NCBI GenBank assembly: GCA_038058635.1
Contig: JBBUAP010000001.1
Location: 384,771-448,770, forward strand
Length of the DNA stretch: 64,000 nt
Origin: Patescibacteria group bacterium
Lineage (GTDB): Bacteria; Patescibacteriota; UBA1384; 2-12-FULL-50-11
Direction of reading: 5' to 3'
The number at the start of each line of letters is the position of its first letter. Within the stretch, counting starts at the first letter, position 1. The translations under genes were made by a program, and so were the position numbers. The notes beneath the pieces are model-generated. The model was not told the DNA's origin and searched no databases. It saw only the letters and a program-made list of their open reading frames with translations. This document shows, piece after piece, positions 55,386-64,000 of the stretch.

Positions 55386-55459
55386 TGTAAATCAGGTACG
55401 GTACTGGTTTGCTGTACCACAAGTTAAAATAAAAAAACTTAGGGAAGGAGGTGAGAAGC

Positions 55460-55663
55460 ATGGCATTTAGCAAAGTATCAGAAAAGTCTGGTAAGACTTA
55501 TTACCTTCACGGTCGCGATGTCACCCTACGCGGTGGTCGCCAACAGAAGATTTTCTTCTTCGCTCAAGATGTTCGCCCGGGCGCTCTTGACGCCATTCCG
55601 GATGGTTACGAAGTAATGGAGAACGCTCGCACAGGTCTCCCAATGTTGCGCAAGGCTCGTTAG
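55460..55663 (+). CDS. hypothetical 67-aa protein
   Basis: GGAAGGAGGTGA SD 5 nt upstream. ORF reads MAFSKVSEKSGKTYYLHGRDVTLRGGRQQKIFFFAQDVRPG... Confidence 0.45.
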   Translation: MAFSKVSEKSGKTYYLHGRDVTLRGGRQQKIFFFAQDVRPGALDAIPDGYEVMENARTGLPMLRKAR

Positions 55664-55793
55664 TTTACTGGTTTTCCGCGGACTACCAGAAACAGTGAAC
55701 CCCGCACTTGGTCCCGAACTGAAACGCGACTATCACGTCGCCGTCAAAGCTTCGAGACCAAGTAGCGGGGTTTTCTGGTGTACAATATCGTAG

Positions 55794-57155
55794 ATGAGGA
55801 AATTTAGTGTGACGATCGCCACTTTCGCTTTAGTTCTCGATGGACTAGCCATCGTCGCGGCGATGATTCTTGCTTACGAAATGCGCTCTAACGGTGGGAC
55901 GATATTTTTATTACCGTTTGCTAGCTACCTGCGCTTGCTTTGGTGGGTTGTCCCGGCCTGGCTAATTCTACTGGCCAGCCAAGGACTCTACAATCATCGT
56001 TCTCTGCCAACCGGTTGGAGCGCCATCGGACGCCTACTAATCGGCCTACTGTCTGGTTGGGGCGCGCTAATGATTTACTTATACCTCTCTCGTTCACCTG
56101 AAGCCCAAAACTTTCCCCGCCTCCTGATTGTCTACGGCCTTGGACTGACTAGTCTATTTTGTGTCATCGATAAATTGGTTTTAAGCGCTCTGGTGGTCGG
56201 CTTGCGTCGGCAAGGCGTCGGAGTCATCCGCTCCGGGCTTTTGATCGCCAGCAACCACCAAAATCTCATCAATAGTTTTCGAATTGAAGAAAATCACGGC
56301 CGACATTTGGCTGAAATAATTAGCCACGACTACCTAAACGAACTATATAAATTAAAACCCGGAGCGATCGATGAGCTAGTTGTGCCCGATAATGTCCTGG
56401 ACGAGCCGACGATGCTCTCGGTCATCAATTGGGCCGATCAAACAAACACTCAATTCGTCTTAGTGCCGTCTTTGAGCACAGTTCGGTCGACTAATGTCGA
56501 AATGGGCACGCTCGCTGGCAGTCCGGTGCTATTCTTTCGACGCACACCGCTTGAGGGCTGGGGTCGGGTTTACAAACGAATTCTGGATTTGATTCTTGTC
56601 CTGCCGGCTCTGATTATTCTTTCTCCGATATATTTTCTATTGATGATGATGGTAAGAATATCATCGCCCGGACCGATATTTTATCGAGAAGCCCGGGTTG
56701 GCCAAGATGGGCGCGAGTTCTTTATCGGCAAGTTTCGTAGTATGTATGCCGACTGGCGACAGCGCTTCCCGGGTGTCAAAGATTGGTCGGCTGACGAAAA
56801 AACCGATGTTAGAATTACGCCACTCGGCCGATTTTTGAGGCAGACCAATCTCGATGAACTGCCGCAATTGTGGGATGTTCTGAAAGGCAAAATGAGTATT
56901 GTCGGACCGCGACCAGAACAGCCCAAGTATGTCGAGCAGTTCTCCCAGGAATTTCCGGATTATCTGAAGCGCCACCATGTTAAGTCTGGTCTAACTGGCT
57001 GGGCCCAGATTAACGGTGCCAGGGGCAATACGCCGATCGCCGACAGGGTTAAATACGATCTGTATTATATTGAAAATTGGTCAATTTGGTTTGATTTACG
57101 GATTATTTTAGCAACCTTTATTTACCTGGTACGACTGCTGGCTAAGTCGGAATAA
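55794..57155 (+). CDS. polyprenyl-phosphate hexose-1-phosphate transferase (WbaP/CpsE-type bacterial sugar transferase)
   Basis: Five N-terminal TM helices and the C-terminal sugar-transferase domain (SSPGPIFYREARVGQDGREF..GKFRSM..DELPQLWDVLKGKMSIVGPRPE). Confidence 0.8.
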   Translation: MRKFSVTIATFALVLDGLAIVAAMILAYEMRSNGGTIFLLPFASYLRLLWWVVPAWLILLASQGLYNHRSLPTGWSAIGRLLIGLLSGWGALMIYLYLSRSPEAQNFPRLLIVYGLGLTSLFCVIDKLVLSALVVGLRRQGVGVIRSGLLIASNHQNLINSFRIEENHGRHLAEIISHDYLNELYKLKPGAIDELVVPDNVLDEPTMLSVINWADQTNTQFVLVPSLSTVRSTNVEMGTLAGSPVLFFRRTPLEGWGRVYKRILDLILVLPALIILSPIYFLLMMMVRISSPGPIFYREARVGQDGREFFIGKFRSMYADWRQRFPGVKDWSADEKTDVRITPLGRFLRQTNLDELPQLWDVLKGKMSIVGPRPEQPKYVEQFSQEFPDYLKRHHVKSGLTGWAQINGARGNTPIADRVKYDLYYIENWSIWFDLRIILATFIYLVRLLAKSE

Positions 57156-58246
57156 TGAAAATTGCATTAGTTCATGATTTTTTTACTCAGTGGGGTGGGG
57201 GAGAGCGGGTTTTAAAAACTTTTAGCGAAATTTGGCCAGATGCGCCGATTTATGTGATTGCCAAAGATCAGAAGCTGGTCGATGAATTCTTACCTGGCCG
57301 CACTGTCAACGTCAGTTTCTTGCAGAATTTTCCCGGCATGCCGAAAGCCTTTAAATATTACTTGGCGCTCATGCCCCGGGCGATTGAGTCGTTCGATTTA
57401 TCTTCGTACGATGTTGTTCTGTCCGATTCGTCGGCGTACGCCAAAGGGGCGATCACCAAAGGCAAAACTAAGCATATTTGTTATCTACACACGCCGACTC
57501 GCTATTTAACAAGCGATAAAGAGGAGTACCTGGCCACTGCACCGATTCCTCTCCCGCTGATTGGTCGGCCAATTGTCAAAATGATTTTAGGAGGACTGAC
57601 AAAATGGGATCTAGCGGCCAGCACGCGACCGGACTATTTAATTGCAAACTCTAATTACATCGCCGCTCGGACCGAAAAATATTATCAGCGGACACCAGAC
57701 GAAGTGATTTTTCCGCCAGTTGACACAAGCCGGTTCAGAACTTCCGACAAAATTGGCGACTACTGGTTGACGCTGGGCCGAAATGAGCCGTACAAGCGAA
57801 CTGACTTAGCAATTCATGCGGCCAACCAACTCGGCTTAAAACTAAAAGTGGTTGGTGGCGGGACCAAAATGACTGAACTGATGGCAATCGCGGGGCCAAC
57901 AATTGAGTTCGTCGGCCGGGTAAGCGACGACAAATTAGCCGATCTTTACTGCCACGCCATCGGCTTAATTTTTCCACCAAAAGAAGATGCTGGGATGACG
58001 CCGCTGGAAGCGATGGCTTCCGGCCGACCAGTAATTGCGTACGGCGAAGGCGGGGCGCTGGAGTCGGTTGTCGCAGGAGTAACCGGCGAATTTTTCGCCG
58101 AGCAAACCGTCGATTCACTCGTGGCCGTGCTCAAAAACTTTGACGCCTCAAAGTACGATCCCCAAGAGATCCGCACCCACGCCATGCAATTCGACACAGA
58201 AATATTTAAAACCAGAATTCTCAAAATTGTTGAAAAAGTATTATGA
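57155..58246 (+). CDS. GT4-family glycosyltransferase
   Basis: GT-B fold with the E-x7-E region (PPKEDAGMTPLEAMASGRPVIA). Confidence 0.8.
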   Translation: MKIALVHDFFTQWGGGERVLKTFSEIWPDAPIYVIAKDQKLVDEFLPGRTVNVSFLQNFPGMPKAFKYYLALMPRAIESFDLSSYDVVLSDSSAYAKGAITKGKTKHICYLHTPTRYLTSDKEEYLATAPIPLPLIGRPIVKMILGGLTKWDLAASTRPDYLIANSNYIAARTEKYYQRTPDEVIFPPVDTSRFRTSDKIGDYWLTLGRNEPYKRTDLAIHAANQLGLKLKVVGGGTKMTELMAIAGPTIEFVGRVSDDKLADLYCHAIGLIFPPKEDAGMTPLEAMASGRPVIAYGEGGALESVVAGVTGEFFAEQTVDSLVAVLKNFDASKYDPQEIRTHAMQFDTEIFKTRILKIVEKVL

Positions 58247-58474
58247 GGTATTTTTGACATCCGGCTTTCGGTTGGCTACTGTTTAGTTCTCGCGCCACAC
58301 ACCGCATCCGCAGTGTTGTGGATAATAACAAAGCGAATAGGATAACCCGTTGCACTGGCTAAAAACACCGGTCTAGAACGATGTGGAAGACACGGGTAGT
58401 TCGTAAGAGGTAGACTTCTCGTTACGACAGTCGGAGCAGGTGCAAATGTGCCGACTAGCTTTCAGACTCCTCAT

Positions 58475-58510
58475 GGCGAAGCCAAGTCTGGCTTCGCCAC
58501 TTCTTTTCAT
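58475..58510 (+). terminator. rho-independent terminator after glycosyltransferase gene
   Basis: GGCGAAGCCA-agtct-GGCTTCGCC followed by a T-rich stretch. Read directly. Confidence 0.5.
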
Positions 58511-58597
58511 CTTCGGTCCTCAACTTTATTATTAAGGAAGTGATGATATCTTTTTCTTGGCTTGGTTTTCTCCATATATTCGGGTAAAATAGACTAA

Positions 58598-60538
<1,941 letters not shown>

Positions 60539-60539
60539 G

Positions 60540-63200
60540 ATGGCAGAAGAAGAGAAAGATATTACCGAAGAACAGCCAGAGGAAGAGCAAGCTAGCTCGA
60601 AGTCAGAGACGAAAGTAATCCCCGAGCAGACCAACTTTGGCGTGATTAAACCTCGTCAGATTCACGACGAGATGAGCGAGTCGTATCTAGACTACGCCAT
60701 GAGTGTCATCGTTGCCCGGGCCTTGCCGGATGTTCGTGACGGCTTAAAACCTGTTCAGCGCCGTATCCTTTATGTCATGCGCGAGATGGGCTTGTCAGCC
60801 AATTCCAAACACCAAAAATGTGCCAAAATCGTCGGTCAAGTGATGGGTCTTTACCATCCGCACGGCGACTCCTCGATTTACGAAGCCCTCGCTCGCATGG
60901 CGCAGTGGTGGAGTTTGCGCATGCCATTGGTCAACGGTCAAGGAAACTTTGGTTCGATGGATGGCGACCCAGCGGCCGCCATGCGTTACACCGAGGCCAA
61001 ACTTGTCACCGCCACTGAAGCACTTTTGGCCGACATCGATAAAGATACGGTCGATTTCCAAGATAATTACGACGGCACGCACCGGGAGCCAGTCGTGCTA
61101 CCGGCTCGCTTACCAAACTTACTAATTAACGGCTCGCAAGGTATCGCCGTTGGCTTAGCGACCAATATTCCACCGCACAATGTCGGCGAAATCATCGACG
61201 GCTTGCTGTTGCTACAAGAAAAACCGGAAGCTGACATGGACGAGTTAATCGATATTATTAAAGGCCCAGATTTTCCGACCGGCGGTATCGCCTATGGCCA
61301 AAACGATATAAAAGAAGCCCTTTCGACTGGACGCGGCCGAGTAGTTGTTCGTGGCCGAGCCGAGATACAAGAAGAAAAGAATCGTAGCCGAATTATTATT
61401 AACGAACTACCTTACCAAACCAATAAAGCCACCTTTGTTACCCACATCGCCGATTTAGTTAAATCAAAACGAATTGAAGGCATCAGCGATCTTCGCGACG
61501 AGTCCGATCAAAAAGACGGTGTTCGTGTCGTCGTCGAGCTCAAAGTTGGGGCGCCGGCCGCAAAAATCTTAAATCAGCTCTATGAATTAACCGAACTGCA
61601 ATCTGTCATCCACTATAATTTAGTCGCTTTGGTCGACGGCATTCAGCCACGACTGCTCAATGTCATTGAAGTGTTGAGCGAATTTTTGGCCCACCGTATC
61701 GTGGTTGTGACTCGCCGAACAGAATACGATTTACGGATTGCTCAAGCTCGAGCCCATATTTTAGAAGGGTTGAAAATCGCCCTCGACCATCTTGATGCCA
61801 TCATTAAGCTAATTCGCGCCGCCAAGGATCGCGATGAAGCTAAGACCGAACTAAAGAAACAATTCGAGCTAAGCGAGCTTCAGGCCAACGCGATTTTGGA
61901 TATGCGCCTATCGCAATTGGCCAACCTTGAGCGTCAACGAATTTATGATGAATACGACGCGATCATGAAACTAATCGCTGATTTAGAGGATATATTAGCT
62001 AAACCAGCCCGAGTCCAAAAGATTATCAAAGATGAGCTTCTAGAAATGAAGTCCAAGTTTAATATCGAGCGCAAAACTGAAATTCGTCCCGAAGCGCTGG
62101 GCCAACTGACGGCGATCGATTTGATTCCTGAAGAGTCGGTCCTGATTAGCCTAACAAGGGGTAATTATGTTAAGCGCCTCCCTGCCGATACTTACAAGAG
62201 CCAACAGCGAGGTGGTAAAGGCGTAATCGGGATGCAGACTCGTGAAGACGACGCGGTGGTGGATATTACTTTTGCCTCAACGCACGACGACATTATGTTC
62301 TTCACCGATGCTGGCCGAGTTTTCACCATTAAGGCCTACGAGATTCCGGCTTCCAGCCGTCAGAGCAAGGGTATCGCTTTACCGAACTTAATCAGGATTA
62401 ACGCCGAAGAGAAAGTGACAGTTCTGATCACCATGCCAGATAAAGATCGGGCCGGCTTCTTCTTCTTCGCGACAAAACTCGGCGTCGTTAAGCGGGTGGC
62501 CACCGAAGCGTTCAAAAACGTGCGTAAAACCGGCGTGGTGGCTATCGGTCTCAAACCGAAAGATGTCTTGCTTTGGGTTAAGCGAACCACCGGTAGCGAC
62601 GAAATCGCCCAAATGACCAAGAACGGCCAAGTCATTCTGTACAACGAATCAGAAGCCCGAGCGATGGGCCGTAGCGCTGCCGGAGTCCGGGGGATGCGCC
62701 TGAAGGGTGACGACGAAATAATTGAAACGACCGTCCTAACAGGTGAGAGCGAAGCAATTTGTGTCATCTCTAAAAACGGTATCGGCAAAAAAGTTGATGT
62801 TAAAGAATTCCGCAATCAACATCGCGGTGGTTCCGGTATTCGGATCGCTAAGCTAAATGCTAAAACCGGCTTGTTGGCCGGTGGCACCGTTATCACCAAA
62901 GAGTCTAAAGATTTAATTATTGTCTCCGACTCTGGTCAAGTGATCCGAATTCCGATTGCTTCGGTCAAGAAACTTTCTCGTCAGGCCTCGGGCGTAATCT
63001 TAATGCGTTCGAGCGGTAGCGACAAAGTTGTTTCGTTGACTGTTGTTAATGAGGGCGATGAGGCTGAAGCGACCGAGGACAAAGCCGAAACACCAGATGT
63101 AAAGAAGTCGTCACCAACAGATTCGACTCTTCAACCGAACTCAGAGTCGCCCAGAGGGAATCGAGGGGCGACCAGTTCAGCGAAAAAGGGGAAGAAGTAA
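60540..63200 (+). CDS. gyrA: DNA gyrase subunit A
   Basis: Catalytic Tyr region ([10 protein letters not shown]), QRDR-like [11 protein letters not shown], and a C-terminal beta-pinwheel with a low-complexity tail. Confidence 0.95.
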   Translation: MAEEEKDITEEQPEEEQASSKSETKVIPEQTNFGVIKPRQIHDEMSESYLDYAMSVIVARALPDVRDGLKPVQRRILYVMREMGLSANSKHQKCAKIVGQVMGLYHPHGDSSIYEALARMAQWWSLRMPLVNGQGNFGSMDGDPAAAMRYTEAKLVTATEALLADIDKDTVDFQDNYDGTHREPVVLPARLPNLLINGSQGIAVGLATNIPPHNVGEIIDGLLLLQEKPEADMDELIDIIKGPDFPTGGIAYGQNDIKEALSTGRGRVVVRGRAEIQEEKNRSRIIINELPYQTNKATFVTHIADLVKSKRIEGISDLRDESDQKDGVRVVVELKVGAPAAKILNQLYELTELQSVIHYNLVALVDGIQPRLLNVIEVLSEFLAHRIVVVTRRTEYDLRIAQARAHILEGLKIALDHLDAIIKLIRAAKDRDEAKTELKKQFELSELQANAILDMRLSQLANLERQRIYDEYDAIMKLIADLEDILAKPARVQKIIKDELLEMKSKFNIERKTEIRPEALGQLTAIDLIPEESVLISLTRGNYVKRLPADTYKSQQRGGKGVIGMQTREDDAVVDITFASTHDDIMFFTDAGRVFTIKAYEIPASSRQSKGIALPNLIRINAEEKVTVLITMPDKDRAGFFFFATKLGVVKRVATEAFKNVRKTGVVAIGLKPKDVLLWVKRTTGSDEIAQMTKNGQVILYNESEARAMGRSAAGVRGMRLKGDDEIIETTVLTGESEAICVISKNGIGKKVDVKEFRNQHRGGSGIRIAKLNAKTGLLAGGTVITKESKDLIIVSDSGQVIRIPIASVKKLSRQASGVILMRSSGSDKVVSLTVVNEGDEAEATEDKAETPDVKKSSPTDSTLQPNSESPRGNRGATSSAKKGKK

Positions 63201-64000
63201 TGTCTGATAAGAAGGTTCTGCAACTGCCCGAGTCAGTTTCGGTGCGGGCGCTGGCCGATAAACTTAAGGTCAATGCCATCGATGTCATCGGAAAGCTTAT
63301 AAAAAATGGTGTCATGGCGACAATTAATCAGTCGATCGATTACGATACCGCCGCCCTGTTAGTCGAAGATTATGGCTGGACGGCCGAGCCGGAAAGCTTG
63401 AGTACCAACATTATTACCAAGAGCACCGACACCAAATCCTCGATTGCCCGCCCGCCAATCGTCACGATCATGGGTCATGTTGATCACGGCAAAACTTCGT
63501 TATTAGATTTCATTCGCCAGTCAAATATCACGGCCGGTGAATCTGGCGGCATCACCCAACACATCAGCTCGTATCAAATTGAGTTTAAGCAGAGCGACAA
63601 ACAGAAGCGCAAAATCACTTTTGTTGACACCCCAGGCCACGAGGCCTTTTCGGCTCTTCGAGCTCACGGCGCCAGCATTACCGATCTAGTTATTTTGGTG
63701 GTCGCGGCCGATGACGGTGTCAAACCGCAGACCGTTGAAGCTCTTCATCATGCCCGCACTGCCAATGTGCCGGTCATTGTCGCCATCAACAAATTTGATC
63801 TGCCCGGAGCCAACATCGAGCGAGTCAAACAACAGCTGGTTGAACACGATCTGGCTCCGGAGGAGTGGGGCGGCAAAACGGTCGTTGTGCCGATCTCGGC
63901 CAAAACCGGAAAGGGTGTCGACCAACTGCTAGAAATGGTTATTCTGACAACCGATCTACTTGAGCTCAAAGCCGATCCGGCCGCGGCGAGCGAGGGGATC
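63200..64000 (+). CDS. infB: translation initiation factor IF-2 (N-terminal part; runs off right edge)
   Basis: Manual translation from the ATG overlapping the gyrA stop (TAATG) gives [22 protein letters not shown]...[12 protein letters not shown]...DTPGHEAF...NKFDLP, the IF-2 G-domain. Confidence 0.85.
   Translation, partial: MSDKKVLQLPESVSVRALADKLKVNAIDVIGKLIKNGVMATINQSIDYDTAALLVEDYGWTAEPESLSTNIITKSTDTKSSIARPPIVTIMGHVDHGKTSLLDFIRQSNITAGESGGITQHISSYQIEFKQSDKQKRKITFVDTPGHEAFSALRAHGASITDLVILVVAADDGVKPQTVEALHHARTANVPVIVAINKFDLPGANIERVKQQLVEHDLAPEEWGGKTVVVPISAKTGKGVDQLLEMVILTTDLLELKADPAAASEGI

Noticed and set aside
55300-55460. LexA (SOS) box upstream of uvrB/uvrA
   Set aside because: No CTGT-N8-ACAG or CGAAC-N4-GTTCG motif is present. 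Only a non-canonical AAACCTGT...ACAGGTTT repeat is there, reported separately as a low-confidence finding.

Overview
This 64 kb window is a gene-dense, roughly 50% GC stretch of a small-genome bacterium. Its gene content (split transketolase, fused def-fmt, TGS-less ThrRS, VKOR/DsbA pair, acidic tails on ribosomal proteins, many tRNAs, no rRNA) resembles Patescibacteria/CPR-like or other reduced lineages. It is mostly housekeeping: translation (thrS, infC-rpmI-rplT, rpsP-KH-trmD, rplY, start of infB), tRNA modification (tsaB/tsaE, rluB), DNA repair and replication (a uvrB-x-y-uvrA-uvrC operon, a second full-length uvrA paralog, nfo, rnhB, priA, gyrB-gyrA), the envelope (DsbA+VKOR, LCP, parvulin, lepB, lgt-like, DedA, sugar phosphotransferase + GT4), and central carbon metabolism (ldhA-like, rpiB, rpe-like, tkt N/C, fba, gap). 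I identified six tRNAs (Lys-CTT, Asp-GTC, Gln-TTG, Val-CAC, Thr-CGT, Gly-CCC) and one tRNA-like 3' fragment. The most unusual element is a minus-strand RNase P RNA (rnpB) whose P9 stem-loop carries a roughly 330-bp insertion flanked by 13-bp inverted repeats. The insertion contains a 76-codon ORF preceded by a Shine-Dalgarno sequence. The second hot spot is a locus between tRNA-Thr and tRNA-Gly with a likely horizontally acquired AT-rich segment. That segment holds an AT-rich HTH-XRE/PEP-utilizer swivel-domain protein, a frameshifted PPDK_N (ATP-grasp) remnant, a tRNA 3' fragment, an ABC-2 exporter with a His-rich small ORF, and a HIT hydrolase. Other items worth a second look are a promoter with an (AG)8 tract in its spacer (possible phase variation), heptad repeats abutting the der start codon, a Walker-motif-degenerate PriA, a def-fmt fusion with a near-leaderless promoter, and several SD-preceded micro-ORFs. 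I saw no CRISPR array, rRNA or IS transposase.
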